From positions 94,184 through 158,183 of IMG/VR virus record IMGVR_UViG_3300030012_004221: a stretch of 64,000 nt of DNA, one strand, 5' to 3'. Position numbers and translations under genes: made by a program. The notes beneath the pieces are model-generated. The model was not told the origin of the DNA and searched no databases. It saw only the letters and a list, made by a program, of their open reading frames with translations. Origin of the DNA: a virus. Positions 8,883-19,436 of the stretch are shown piece by piece (positions within the stretch are counted from its first letter, which is position 1; each line of letters starts with the position of its first letter).

Positions 8883-9185
8883 TTATTTTTTTCTAGGTTT
8901 TCTTCCCTTTCTTTTTTTTCCCTTAGCTGCGTCAACAACATCTTTTGATTGACTAGCTAATTCCTTAGCAGCTACAGCAACGTCTTTTAATTCTTCTTTA
9001 ACTCGCTTTGCTCTGCGTTTTACTTCTTTAACACCTTTTTTAACATCTTCAACAGCATCTTCTACTTCGTCAGGGATGTAATCTCCATCTCTATCGTTAA
9101 TTTTACCTTTTTTATAAAATTCAAAGTAGTAAATAGCAGCTCCAGTTACTAATAAAAGTGCAACAATAACTAATGTTGTAATCAT
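8883..9185 (-). CDS. N-terminal TM protein with DxDxDxxPD motif, coiled coil and basic tail
   Basis: TM at about aa 3-21, DRDGDYIPD, Lys/Arg-rich end. Confidence 0.7.
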   Translation of the reverse strand: MITTLVIVALLLVTGAAIYYFEFYKKGKINDRDGDYIPDEVEDAVEDVKKGVKEVKRRAKRVKEELKDVAVAAKELASQSKDVVDAAKGKKRKGRKPRKK

Positions 9186-9229
9186 AATTTGTAATTTAAT
9201 ATATTAATATATGATAAATATGTTAAGTT

Positions 9230-9859
9230 TTATTTCCATGCATATAACATTGCTAAATTGTAAAAATCATGAGGTCGTTCATATGCTAAAGAAAATCCAT
9301 TAGTTGAAAACTTATTCATTATATATAATAATTTACTTGTTTTATGACCATCAAAATCACTGCCGTGAGAATATTTTTTACCATCATTTTTCCAGTCTAA
9401 ATGTATTTCAATAGCCCATTTTTTTACTCTATTAAGTGTAGATGTTTTCATATTTATTAAAACTGGATATTCTGCATGTTCAATATCCATTTTAACAAAA
9501 TCAATATGACTTAATTTATTATCATCTATAACTCCTTGAATATTATATAAATTATTTGATGGATCATATTTATCATCTATAAAGCCAAGAGTTGGAATTA
9601 TTTGGGGATTATTTTTAGTATTTTCTACTAAAGAATTATAGTGAGGAGGTGCACTTTCAAAACTATAAACTTTACTAGCTCCTTTTTGTATAGCAAAATG
9701 GGAAAACATTCCGACAAATGCCCCACAATCTAAAACAACATCTCCTGCTTGAACTTTAGAACCATGTTTGTGGTATTCTTCTTCTATAAAAATTTCATTA
9801 TAAAAATCAGCAATAACACCTTCTTGTTCTATTGGGTATTTAAAATCTTCAATACGCAT
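9230..9859 (-). CDS. FkbM-family SAM-dependent methyltransferase
   Basis: VVLDCGAFVGMFS, VYSFE, IDFVKMDIEHAE. Confidence 0.85.
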   Translation of the reverse strand: MRIEDFKYPIEQEGVIADFYNEIFIEEEYHKHGSKVQAGDVVLDCGAFVGMFSHFAIQKGASKVYSFESAPPHYNSLVENTKNNPQIIPTLGFIDDKYDPSNNLYNIQGVIDDNKLSHIDFVKMDIEHAEYPVLINMKTSTLNRVKKWAIEIHLDWKNDGKKYSHGSDFDGHKTSKLLYIMNKFSTNGFSLAYERPHDFYNLAMLYAWK

Positions 9860-9869
9860 TTATATAAAA

Positions 9870-11585
9870 TTAACCATCACAAGATACACATTCAGCCATT
9901 CTTGATCCTAAATCACCTTTAATCACTGAGTCTGTTCTTAAATAATAAAACGTTTTAATTCCTAATTTCCAACCTTCCATATGAACTTGATTTATCCATT
10001 TTGGAGAATCATTAGGATCAAATGATAAATTTAAAGATTGTGTTTGGTCAATATATCTTTGTCTTATAGCAGCTTGTCTAACTAATTCTAACTGATTAGT
10101 TTCTGGGAATGTTAAAAATAATTCTTTTTCATCTGGGGTTAAAATTTCATCTGGTAGGTTTTGAACTGAACCTCCATCCTGAAGCATTTGATCCCACCAT
10201 TTTTGTTTATTTTCACCTTTTCCTTTTAATATATTTTCTAATACTTTATTTTTTCTAATAAAAGTACCTTTAGCACCATTAAAAGTGTAAATGTTAGCAG
10301 GTAAAGGTTCAATACCTGCTGATATACCACCACAAATAACTGAGTTAGAAACTGTAGGTGCAACTGCTAATAAATGAGTATTTCTCATACCCGTACCTCT
10401 ACACCACATTGGTTCACCATATTCTTGAGCTAAATCCATAGATGCTTTTTCTGCTTTACTACTGATGTCTCGGAATATAGTATGTGTCCAAGCTGTAGAC
10501 GCTATAGAATTGAATGGTAATCCTTTTTGTTGTAAAAACGTGTGCCATCCCATTACACCTAAACCTAATGCTCTACCTTTTTTAGCATGATTATGAGTTC
10601 TTCTTAATGAATCCTTACCATTAGATTTATCAATAAATTCTTGCATTACACCATCTAAAAACCAAGTTGCTAATTCAACAGTATCTGTATCTTTCCAATC
10701 TTCATATTTAGCTAAGTTTAAAGAAGATAAACAACAAATAAATGAATGTTCTTCATCTGTAAATAATGTAATCTCAGAACATATATTAGTCATAGACACA
10801 TCTAAATTATTTAATCTATAAGCAATAGGATTATCTTTATTAACATTATCCTTATACATTATATAAGGTTCACCTGTTTCCATTCTTGCTTTTAAAACAG
10901 TAGCCCACCTACTCATAGCTTCAGAGTCTCTTGCTTCTAGTTTTCTCATAAAATTATCTCCTACAACTACACATTGGTGTAAGTTTAAACACTGTCTATT
11001 AGGATCCCCTTTAGGTCTTCTAATTTGCAAAAATTCATCTATATCTGGATGTTCAATATCTAAATTAACAGATGCTGCTCCTCTTCTTACATTACCTTGA
11101 TTAGTAGCTATAATAGATGAATCATAAATTTTACACCAAGGTACTACACCTTCACTTTTACCATTACCTGCTATTTCAGTACCTCTAGGCCTAATTCTTG
11201 AAACACCAATTCCTACACCACCACCTTTAGAAGTTAATCTCATTAATTCAGCGTTAGTTAAACCAATACCTCTTATTGAATCAGGAGTATCAATTCCATA
11301 ACATGAAATTGGTAAACCTCTATCTGTACCCATATTAGAGATAACAGGTGAAGCTAAACCTAACCAACCATTCCAAATAATTTTATAAAATTTATTTTCT
11401 AATTCAGGTTTTTTTAATCTAAATGCTGCTGCCTTAGCTACTCTTCTATAAGCTTTTTTTACATCTTCTCCTGGGAGTAAATATCCTTTAGATATTGTTG
11501 CTAAAGAAATTTCATCCATCCATTCTGGGTAGTTTTTTCCTGCTTCCCAACTTGTATAATCTACTTGTAATGCGTTATTTTCCAT
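9870..11585 (-). CDS. nrdA: Ribonucleotide reductase class Ia alpha subunit
   Basis: SPVISN, ISC, GGGVG, QGNVRRGA, TNICSEI, APTVSNS and C-terminal CVSCDG. Start placed at MENNALQ, just after the nrdB stop. Confidence 0.95.
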   Translation of the reverse strand: MENNALQVDYTSWEAGKNYPEWMDEISLATISKGYLLPGEDVKKAYRRVAKAAAFRLKKPELENKFYKIIWNGWLGLASPVISNMGTDRGLPISCYGIDTPDSIRGIGLTNAELMRLTSKGGGVGIGVSRIRPRGTEIAGNGKSEGVVPWCKIYDSSIIATNQGNVRRGAASVNLDIEHPDIDEFLQIRRPKGDPNRQCLNLHQCVVVGDNFMRKLEARDSEAMSRWATVLKARMETGEPYIMYKDNVNKDNPIAYRLNNLDVSMTNICSEITLFTDEEHSFICCLSSLNLAKYEDWKDTDTVELATWFLDGVMQEFIDKSNGKDSLRRTHNHAKKGRALGLGVMGWHTFLQQKGLPFNSIASTAWTHTIFRDISSKAEKASMDLAQEYGEPMWCRGTGMRNTHLLAVAPTVSNSVICGGISAGIEPLPANIYTFNGAKGTFIRKNKVLENILKGKGENKQKWWDQMLQDGGSVQNLPDEILTPDEKELFLTFPETNQLELVRQAAIRQRYIDQTQSLNLSFDPNDSPKWINQVHMEGWKLGIKTFYYLRTDSVIKGDLGSRMAECVSCDG

Positions 11586-11586
11586 A

Positions 11587-12573
11587 TTAAAATATTGATG
11601 CAGCGTCCCAATTTTGAACACCTTTTGAATAATTAGTAACTCTATTTGCAAAGAAATCTGTATGTTGTTTACCTGCTGATAAACTGTCAAACCAGCTCAT
11701 TCTTTGTACTGCTTCTGTATCAATACCATTTACGATAGGATCATAACCTAAATCACCCATTTTAGTATTTAATCTATGTTTAATAAATGATACTAAATCA
11801 TATTTAGTACATCCTTCTAAATCACCCATTTCATAAACTTTATCAATAAAATCTAATTCTAGTTTTAAAGATAAACGAGCTGCTTCTTCAATTTCTTCTT
11901 TTAATTTAGGAGTATCCAATTCTGGATGTTCTTTTAATAATGTTCTAAATAACCAACAACCAGCATCTGAGTGTAAGGATTCATCTCTAATACTCCATTC
12001 AACTATTTGTCCTACACCTTTAAGTTTATTTTGTAATTTAAATGAAAGTAAAACTGCAAATGAGGAAAATAAATTTACACCTTCTGTAAATGCTGAAAAT
12101 ATAGCTAATGATTTTGCTCTTTCATGCCAATCAGGAGTACCATCATGAGAATCTTTAACAGCCATTAATGTTTCAATTTTTGCTGCTGTTGTTTCATCTT
12201 CTAAAAATTCTGCAAAATTATCTAATCCTAATTCTTCATTTAATAAAGAATAAGCTTCGGCATGAATAGTTTCAAAACAACCAAAAGTAACAGCCATAGC
12301 AATAACTTCAGGTTTTCTAAACCATTTAGTAACTAAAGTTGACCAATAATCATTTACTACAGTCTCTGTTTGGGCAAATCCCTTAAGTATTGAACCTACA
12401 ATATTTTTTTCAGTTTCAGATAAATTTTGTTTCCAATCGTTTACATCTGCCATCATTGGTACTTCTGTCCATAACCAATGGGCTTGCTGTTGTTTCATGT
12501 AGAAATCAAATGCTTCTGGGTATTCAAAGGGTTTATATACGATACGTTCTTGTAATAATGATTTTTTTGCCAT
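11587..12573 (-). CDS. nrdB: Ribonucleotide reductase class Ia beta subunit
   Basis: KPFEYP, ETIHAEAYS, EGVNLFSSF, RDESLH, DFFANRVTNY. Confidence 0.96.
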   Translation of the reverse strand: MAKKSLLQERIVYKPFEYPEAFDFYMKQQQAHWLWTEVPMMADVNDWKQNLSETEKNIVGSILKGFAQTETVVNDYWSTLVTKWFRKPEVIAMAVTFGCFETIHAEAYSLLNEELGLDNFAEFLEDETTAAKIETLMAVKDSHDGTPDWHERAKSLAIFSAFTEGVNLFSSFAVLLSFKLQNKLKGVGQIVEWSIRDESLHSDAGCWLFRTLLKEHPELDTPKLKEEIEEAARLSLKLELDFIDKVYEMGDLEGCTKYDLVSFIKHRLNTKMGDLGYDPIVNGIDTEAVQRMSWFDSLSAGKQHTDFFANRVTNYSKGVQNWDAASIF

Positions 12574-12589
12574 TTTAATTAGTTTTAAG

Positions 12590-13954
12590 TTAAGAATTTA
12601 ATTCGAAGAATTTGTTTGAAAGCATTTTTTTATCAAAAGTATCAAAGTCTCCTTGCATTTTATTTGAAGTAGGCAACTCATCAGTTTCATAATCATCAGC
12701 ATTGTAGTCATGCACTTCAAAATGGCCAGTAGATGTATCAGCTTTTACACCAAATGTTAAACCATCCATACCATATCTATTTTTCATAATGTGAAATCTT
12801 CCTGTTCCGTTTACTTTATCTTTTGCTTTCCTCGAAAGAGATAGACAAAAGTCAGTAATCATTATTTTATCATATGATCCAGCTGCTTTGTCTCCCTCAA
12901 TAACATCATCTTTTGCTCCAGCACGATTTACTTGTGAAACCGACCAAATAGGTACATCTAACTCACGAGCAAGTCCTTTAGTGCTTGTATAAATATCATC
13001 AATTTCTCCCTTACGGTCAACAGTTCGTTTCTTTGTTGAAAGAAGGTCTACATAATCAATTATTATCAAATCAGCTTTAACTCCTAATTCTTCTACTTTA
13101 CGAATATGTGATTCAATTGTTGAGATTGTTGCTCTACCTGTTGGGAATTCTTTAATAATTAATTGTCCTGGAATTTCAGGAATTATTTCTTCTATTTTTT
13201 CTCTATTTCTTAATACTTTATCAACTGGTATTTTTGAAAAGAAAGCATCGTATCTTCTTCCTACATATTGTTCACCTAATTCTAAAGTATAATGTAAAAC
13301 GTTATAACCCATTCTTACAGCATACCCTCCTAAGGCAACTAAAGACCACGATTTACCACCTCCTGGATTACCAAAAATAAGACCAAAATCTCCATTTCCC
13401 AATCCACCTTGGAGTATGTCGTTAATCCTTTCCCATGGAGTTGATATAACTGTTCTTGCATCTTCTCTAAAACGAGATTCAATGTCTTTATTATATTCAT
13501 GTCCTACATTTTTATCATTACCAGCTTTTAATGCTGTTTCTACTAAATGTTTAATACCATCAAAATCACCAGCTTTTAATAAATCAACAGATGACATTAG
13601 TGCTTTTTTAAGTTGTTGATTTTTACAAAACGTTTGAAACTCTTCTTGAACGTATTCTAAATCTTCATCTGATGCTTCATATGCTGCTTTTAGCTGTTCT
13701 CTTACTGATAATTTTAATACTTCATTTTCAATTTTAGAAATTTCTACTTTTAAAATATCCATTGAAGGCGTCGTATGATACTTATCGTAATACCTAAGAA
13801 TTTCTTTAATTACCCATTGATGGGCTTGATTATCAAAATATTCATCACTTAAAATGTCATGAATATTTACTAAAAATTCTTTATGTGTTAATAAAGAAGA
13901 TAGTACTTTTATTTGAAAATGAGTACCATACTGATTTAAACTTGTTAATGTCAT
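12590..13954 (-). CDS. DnaB/gp41-like replicative helicase
   Basis: Walker A GNPGGGKS, TLEL, IIIDYVD, SQVNR, KNRYG. Confidence 0.92.
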   Translation of the reverse strand: MTLTSLNQYGTHFQIKVLSSLLTHKEFLVNIHDILSDEYFDNQAHQWVIKEILRYYDKYHTTPSMDILKVEISKIENEVLKLSVREQLKAAYEASDEDLEYVQEEFQTFCKNQQLKKALMSSVDLLKAGDFDGIKHLVETALKAGNDKNVGHEYNKDIESRFREDARTVISTPWERINDILQGGLGNGDFGLIFGNPGGGKSWSLVALGGYAVRMGYNVLHYTLELGEQYVGRRYDAFFSKIPVDKVLRNREKIEEIIPEIPGQLIIKEFPTGRATISTIESHIRKVEELGVKADLIIIDYVDLLSTKKRTVDRKGEIDDIYTSTKGLARELDVPIWSVSQVNRAGAKDDVIEGDKAAGSYDKIMITDFCLSLSRKAKDKVNGTGRFHIMKNRYGMDGLTFGVKADTSTGHFEVHDYNADDYETDELPTSNKMQGDFDTFDKKMLSNKFFELNS

Positions 13955-13966
13955 ATAACTTTTATT

Positions 13967-14992
13967 TTACAACTTCAATTTTTCGAATATATCTTTAACC
14001 CAAAATTCTACATTACGTATCATTCCACCTAACTTATCTTCATTATAGAATGCTACGAATTGTTCAGGAATGTATTGATATTCATTTGTTTCCACAACCT
14101 TAGTTAAGTATTTTTTATCATTATCATCTAACATAGGGTTAGATAAATCCATTATTTTATAATTTTTTTCTAATTCATCTATATGTTGAATAACTCTAGC
14201 ATACACTACATGATCTTTATATTTTTGTTCACAAATATTATAAATGTCATTTAATGTCATTTCACGTTCTGCTAATTCAGGGAATTTTTTTAATAATCCT
14301 TTTTCACCTAATCCTTTAACTCCCTTAACTTTATCTGAATTATCACCTAAAAGTGTTTTATATAAAATAAAATTATGAGGAGGCATATTATACTTTTCTT
14401 TAATCGTTTGATCTGTATAATACTCTTTTTCCATAGGACGATATACAATTACATTTTCATTTACTAATTGTAAAAAATCCTTATCAGAAGATACTATAAA
14501 TACTTTATCTTCTGGTTTAGAAGGTATGATACTACTCATATAAGCTATAATATCATCAGCTTCTACTTTAGGTAAACTAACAGTTTTAACTGGTAGTGTT
14601 TTTAAGTATTGAATTATTCTAACCATTTGGTCTACTTTAGCATCATGCTCTTCTTCTAAATTATCAAAAGCATCCCAATTAGTAATTCGTTGTAAATCTC
14701 TACCTGATTTATACTCAGGGAGCAGATTCTTTCTAGCATTAGCTGAACCTGCTCCATCAAATACAACATAAACATGGGTTGGATCTATTTGTCTTATTAA
14801 TGCACCTAATGATCTAAAAAATCCACCTAACCCTCCAATATGAACCCCGTCAGGATTGACCATATTCATCATTGCAAAATTTCTAAAGAATAGATTTAAT
14901 CCATCAATCATTAAAATTCTTTTACTGTCTACAGTCCCCTGTCCTTGCTCATCGAGATTATCGAGGAGTTGAAGTAATTCTTTATGTTTCAT
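13967..14992 (-). CDS. 5'-3' exonuclease / flap endonuclease (T4 RNase H-like)
   Basis: IDGLN, VFDG, YKSGR, EADD, SSDKDFLQL, GDNSDKVKGVKGLGEK. Confidence 0.93.
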   Translation of the reverse strand: MKHKELLQLLDNLDEQGQGTVDSKRILMIDGLNLFFRNFAMMNMVNPDGVHIGGLGGFFRSLGALIRQIDPTHVYVVFDGAGSANARKNLLPEYKSGRDLQRITNWDAFDNLEEEHDAKVDQMVRIIQYLKTLPVKTVSLPKVEADDIIAYMSSIIPSKPEDKVFIVSSDKDFLQLVNENVIVYRPMEKEYYTDQTIKEKYNMPPHNFILYKTLLGDNSDKVKGVKGLGEKGLLKKFPELAEREMTLNDIYNICEQKYKDHVVYARVIQHIDELEKNYKIMDLSNPMLDDNDKKYLTKVVETNEYQYIPEQFVAFYNEDKLGGMIRNVEFWVKDIFEKLKL

Positions 14993-15042
14993 AATTAGTT
15001 TTTATGCCCTGAATATACGAAAAATATTTCAGGTATCAAAAT

Positions 15043-16119
15043 TTATTCCGGTTCTTCTACATGGGAAGTTATGTCAGTATAAGCTTGATCTTCTTCGGCA
15101 ATTATAAAATCACTACCACCTAAAATCTTTTTCCACTCTTCTTTCATTTCTTCTTTATATGCTTTCAATGATTTATCATTGTCCAATATAAAACCATGAG
15201 GGGTCATTACAATTTTACCTCTAGTAGTAACACCATTAATGTGATTTTTATCAACTTGTAAATTTACTCTTTTAGCAAATTCAACCTGCTTACCGTCTTT
15301 AATAGCTTTTATTTTAGAAGTACCAGCTGACATAACATTACCAAATGTTACAACAAATGTAGAATCAAACCACATTGCATAACCTCCTTTATTCATTAAT
15401 TTTGGTTGACCCATTGGAGATTCTGCCTTTAATGTCCAAACTTTATTAATTGCAACAAGAGTATTAGTATATGGGCTACTTTCCTTTCTAGACAATACAA
15501 TACGTTGATTTACGTTATTACCAAATTGAGTAGACATAGCACCAGCATTCCACTCATTATTGTTTTTATTTGATTTAATTGACATTTCACAAGGTACTGA
15601 TCCTATTGAATCCCATAAGAATAATAAATCATAAGGTAAATTACCTTTTTTCTGTTCATCAATCAAATCTAAAATAAATCCAGCTACATCTTCAATTGAA
15701 TTAATACTTTCTCTATCAGTATAAATAAAATTACCTGTGTAATCTAATATTTCACCTGTTTCTTCATCTACAACTTCATTAACTTTTAATCCCATTTGAA
15801 TTGCATGCTCCCAATTCCATTTCATCTCAGTAATTATAAACACAGGAAGAACTTTACGTTTTTGAGCTTCAACAGCTGCTTCAAGTAAAGCAGTAGTTTT
15901 ACCTGTATCTGAATGACCTCTAAGTAAAACAATATGTCCCATTGGTATCCCCGGAACTGATGTTATCTCTTGATAAGCATCAGAAAGTGGGATCCATTCT
16001 TGTTCTTTAAATTTAGCTTTAGAAGTTAAACCTTTTTTATTCTTAAAACTTTCTAAATTAAAATTTGCTTTAATTTCTGAGGAGACTGCCTCCGATAGTG
16101 ATTTTTTCTTTCTTGCCAT
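15043..16119 (-). CDS. RecA/UvsX-like recombinase
   Basis: Walker A GHSDTGKT, FLWDSIG, KGGYAM and DKNH; located between the SSB and exonuclease genes. Confidence 0.85.
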   Translation of the reverse strand: MARKKKSLSEAVSSEIKANFNLESFKNKKGLTSKAKFKEQEWIPLSDAYQEITSVPGIPMGHIVLLRGHSDTGKTTALLEAAVEAQKRKVLPVFIITEMKWNWEHAIQMGLKVNEVVDEETGEILDYTGNFIYTDRESINSIEDVAGFILDLIDEQKKGNLPYDLLFLWDSIGSVPCEMSIKSNKNNNEWNAGAMSTQFGNNVNQRIVLSRKESSPYTNTLVAINKVWTLKAESPMGQPKLMNKGGYAMWFDSTFVVTFGNVMSAGTSKIKAIKDGKQVEFAKRVNLQVDKNHINGVTTRGKIVMTPHGFILDNDKSLKAYKEEMKEEWKKILGGSDFIIAEEDQAYTDITSHVEEPE

Positions 16120-16129
16120 ACAATATTAA

Positions 16130-16957
16130 TTAAAACGGTAAATCGTCTTTTTCGTCGTTAAATAGATCATCAAATTGCTGTCCTTTTGACTTAGTTTCTT
16201 TAGTATTTAAAGAATAATTTGATTTCTTTTCATCATTGTCAAATGCAACAGCAGGTTCTGATATAATATCACCTTCTTTTTCTTCACCTTCAGGAGCTAA
16301 CCATTCTTGAAGTGATGCTTTCATTTCATCATAAGAAAGTGCTTTAAATACCTTCATAGGATCTGCTTGTTCATCCAAAAACCTTTGTACTTGTTTTTCA
16401 TCATCTGATAATGGAGATGTTTTTAATGAAGGTCCTACATTTGTTCTATTATAAGGAGTACCTGTTGATTCTGGTCCTACAGTATTCAATTTAATATCTC
16501 TACCTCCAACAATATCAGTGTAATCACCAATTTCATCATCAGCAGCCATATTTAGAAAGTCTTGGTATACTTCTTTACCAAATTGCCATAATTTAACACC
16601 CTCGTCTTCTTGTCCTCTAACTACTACAGGAGCAAAAATTCTTGTTTTTGGGTCTAATTTTTTAGCTAACCTCCAATTTTCTCTATCATTAGTTTGACGT
16701 AATTGTTTAGCAAACTCCATAATAGGATCTTTTTCACCCCAATTAGATGGTGAAGCCATTACTCTTTTACTACCAATTCCATAGTAAAATTTCATTTCTG
16801 TAAACGGAAACTCTTTATTAAATTTATTAGGTACAACTCTTACGACTTGTTTACCTATTGATGGTTTCCAAAATAATTGTTTTTGCTGACCGCCTGAAGA
16901 ATTTTGAGCTTGTTTTTGAAATTCATTAAGGCGCTTTTTGATTGCGTTTAAATCCAT
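16130..16957 (-). CDS. gp32-like single-stranded DNA-binding protein
   Basis: FWKP..G...VR..P, VKLWQFGK, D...GRDI; acidic tail ending DDLPF. Confidence 0.85.
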   Translation of the reverse strand: MDLNAIKKRLNEFQKQAQNSSGGQQKQLFWKPSIGKQVVRVVPNKFNKEFPFTEMKFYYGIGSKRVMASPSNWGEKDPIMEFAKQLRQTNDRENWRLAKKLDPKTRIFAPVVVRGQEDEGVKLWQFGKEVYQDFLNMAADDEIGDYTDIVGGRDIKLNTVGPESTGTPYNRTNVGPSLKTSPLSDDEKQVQRFLDEQADPMKVFKALSYDEMKASLQEWLAPEGEEKEGDIISEPAVAFDNDEKKSNYSLNTKETKSKGQQFDDLFNDEKDDLPF

Positions 16958-17018
16958 GTTTATAACTTTTAATTTTAATAACTGTTTTAATATACAAACC
17001 TATATTTAATATACCAAA

Positions 17019-17492
17019 CTAAAGTTCAATAATCTTAAATATTTTTGTTTTCAATTGCTTTAACTCATCATGTTGAGTTAGGAGAATTGTATTCCTATAA
17101 TGTTGCCAATCAATTGGGAATTTAGTATCAACTACACCCCCATTTAATCTTTTAATTAATTCATTTAAAGCATTAATTGTATATAGAGTATTGGTGTCTT
17201 TTTTTCTATGAACCATTATAGTATTAGAAGGTAGACCCTCAGTGTTACCTTGTTCTATATTGTAAGTACAAACATACTCATCATTGCTTTTTATATGTAA
17301 TACGAACACTTTTTTATAAAGGATAGAGTAATTACTAGTAATTTTTTCTAATAGTTCTTCCAGTCCCTCAAGTGTTGTGAACGTACAAAATAGTTTATTA
17401 TTCAAATCTACAAAGTTTAAGTTATTCAACTCCTGAAAGTCGTCTACAGTATACATATTGTAGGATTTATTTGAAATTGTAAGTGTCTCCAT
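17019..17492 (-). CDS. Hypothetical protein overlapping the polymerase 3' end
   Basis: ORF track; the real start may be an internal Met. Confidence 0.7.
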   Translation of the reverse strand: METLTISNKSYNMYTVDDFQELNNLNFVDLNNKLFCTFTTLEGLEELLEKITSNYSILYKKVFVLHIKSNDEYVCTYNIEQGNTEGLPSNTIMVHRKKDTNTLYTINALNELIKRLNGGVVDTKFPIDWQHYRNTILLTQHDELKQLKTKIFKIIEL

Positions 17493-18726
17493 AATTAATT
17501 TTTACTTGTAAGTTGTTATTTTTAAAGATATTTTCTATTTCAGTTAATATCTCTTTATCTTCTTTACTAAAATCAAAAAGAAAACTATCATAGGTGTAAA
17601 GTACTAACTTTGTTCGCCTATTTTTTAACAACTTTAGTATGTCCCATAATATACAAACGTTGTATGATGTCTCCAAGTTTTGTAGTAAATAATTTAATAA
17701 TTTTTGGGGTTTCATATCCTCTAAATTATCTTCTATAAATTGATAACCCGAAATAGGACATTCAATCCAACCATTTTCTTGATAAGCTTCCCACAACTCA
17801 TCAGTATATACTTGAACTTTTTTAAAAAATTCCAGATCTTTATATTGATCAAAAACTCCTCCGTATAGTTGTTTGAATGTTAATTCTTTTGCTTTTTGAT
17901 AATCAACTCCATACATTTCCGCAAAGGCCATATGAACATCTTGATCACCAAAGTCATAGCCAACCAACTTAGATAAAAGAGTAGGATGGTAAGCACCAAT
18001 ATCGAACTCAATAAAAGTATTATTACGAGGGATAAAACACTCTCTTGATCCGTTGTCTTTGTTAAGTGCGGCATAATTTACTCCTCTAAATTTATTACTT
18101 GGTCTTCCTGTAAGTGTTTTAAAGTTGTATTGCGTGTAGGTGAATTCTCCATTGATAGGGTGAAAGTACGATTCGAATTTTTCTCTATCAACTCGTATTC
18201 CACTTCGCTCCAAGGCGTTGAATACCACTGTAGTTTTTGTGTTGTTGAATTCATTGATTGGCTCATATATTTTATCTTTTAAATCATTATACAATTTTTC
18301 ACAATACTCATAGTGTTTAACTATTGGTATTATTTTATTTATATCTTCTTTATCACCCATTTTATTATAAAAGTAAGAATGGGTTTGGGTATATTCGCGT
18401 ATATACGTATGAAAATTTAATGTTATGTCATAGAGAGTTTTTAATGGAAAATAATGTAAGAATTCCTTTTTATCGCGCACATATAGTTTATCATATTTGT
18501 CTAATACGTGTTTTACGTTGTTTAAATCAATAGACAATGTTTCCCCATGTGATACGGGGATAATAAATCCTTTAGTAGCTAATAACGGTCTAAGGTAAAT
18601 TGCACAAACTTCATTTTTTGTAGGATGAATACGATTGTTATATGGAATTACTTCCACAAACGCTTCTTTATAACCCATTTTATAAAACCCTTTTAATTGA
18701 GAGTCAGATTCAACTAACCAAAACAT
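17467..18726 (-). CDS. Compact, divergent family A DNA polymerase
   Basis: TGRPSN, R..F.P, motif A FDIGAYHP, motif B AKELTFKQLYG, NYLLQ, motif C YTYDS. Confidence 0.85.
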   Translation of the reverse strand: MFWLVESDSQLKGFYKMGYKEAFVEVIPYNNRIHPTKNEVCAIYLRPLLATKGFIIPVSHGETLSIDLNNVKHVLDKYDKLYVRDKKEFLHYFPLKTLYDITLNFHTYIREYTQTHSYFYNKMGDKEDINKIIPIVKHYEYCEKLYNDLKDKIYEPINEFNNTKTTVVFNALERSGIRVDREKFESYFHPINGEFTYTQYNFKTLTGRPSNKFRGVNYAALNKDNGSRECFIPRNNTFIEFDIGAYHPTLLSKLVGYDFGDQDVHMAFAEMYGVDYQKAKELTFKQLYGGVFDQYKDLEFFKKVQVYTDELWEAYQENGWIECPISGYQFIEDNLEDMKPQKLLNYLLQNLETSYNVCILWDILKLLKNRRTKLVLYTYDSFLFDFSKEDKEILTEIENIFKNNNLQVKINYGDTYNFK

Positions 18727-18772
18727 AACTTTATTTTTGGATAATGTATGAAAATAGATTAGTTAAACCAAA

Positions 18773-19435
18773 CTATTCAGTAGGTAAATAAAATTTTGTA
18801 AAATTAAATTTTAAAAAACTACCAAACCCTTGTCTCCCCATTCTTCTTTCTTGTATTAGAACTATATTATTGTTAGTATTTTTTACTTCTTCTTCAATAC
18901 CTGTTATAGTCCATTGAATTTTAAAACATTGATAAAGTTCCCATAAATACTCTTTATCTTGTTTTTTAAGTTTATCATATACTTCTTTATTTAATTCTAT
19001 GTAAATATCTTGATTTACCTTTATTGCAAAATATCTTGTAAATTGTCCTAATTCATAATCGTCTAAACTAGGTGTTGGATATGATTGTACTGGGAGTAAT
19101 TTTCTTGTTGATTGTAATAAATTAATACCTTGTAATTTAGCATAATCTACAACCATACTTTCATCATATCCTGGAGTGTCAATTTCATCAAATATTGTTG
19201 GAAAATCTCCATATGCTATTTGATTTTGAACCTGTTCAGGTTTATATGTTACACCAACATTTTCTACTTCTACTAATTCTACATTAGGTAAGTCATTAGG
19301 AGTTTTACCAGTAAAATATTTGCCTTCAAAAGTCTTATAGTAATATCCCCTATAAAACTCTTGAGTTTCTTTTACCATTAGTTTATTATCACTAGTGTAT
19401 TGGTTGGTTAATATTCTATTCTTTGGTATATACAT
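18773..19435 (-). CDS. Hypothetical protein at the end of the tail operon
   Basis: ORF track; 1-nt gap from the upstream gene. Confidence 0.7.
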   Translation of the reverse strand: MYIPKNRILTNQYTSDNKLMVKETQEFYRGYYYKTFEGKYFTGKTPNDLPNVELVEVENVGVTYKPEQVQNQIAYGDFPTIFDEIDTPGYDESMVVDYAKLQGINLLQSTRKLLPVQSYPTPSLDDYELGQFTRYFAIKVNQDIYIELNKEVYDKLKKQDKEYLWELYQCFKIQWTITGIEEEVKNTNNNIVLIQERRMGRQGFGSFLKFNFTKFYLPTE

Positions 19436-19436
19436 T

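Noticed and set aside
11586-11690. 35-aa N-terminal extension of NrdA in the ORF track
   Set aside because: It overlaps the conserved nrdB C-terminus; the ATG at 11585 directly follows the nrdB stop.
9870-18726. Inteins, introns or homing endonucleases in RNR, helicase or polymerase
   Set aside because: The proteins are of normal or short length with contiguous motifs.
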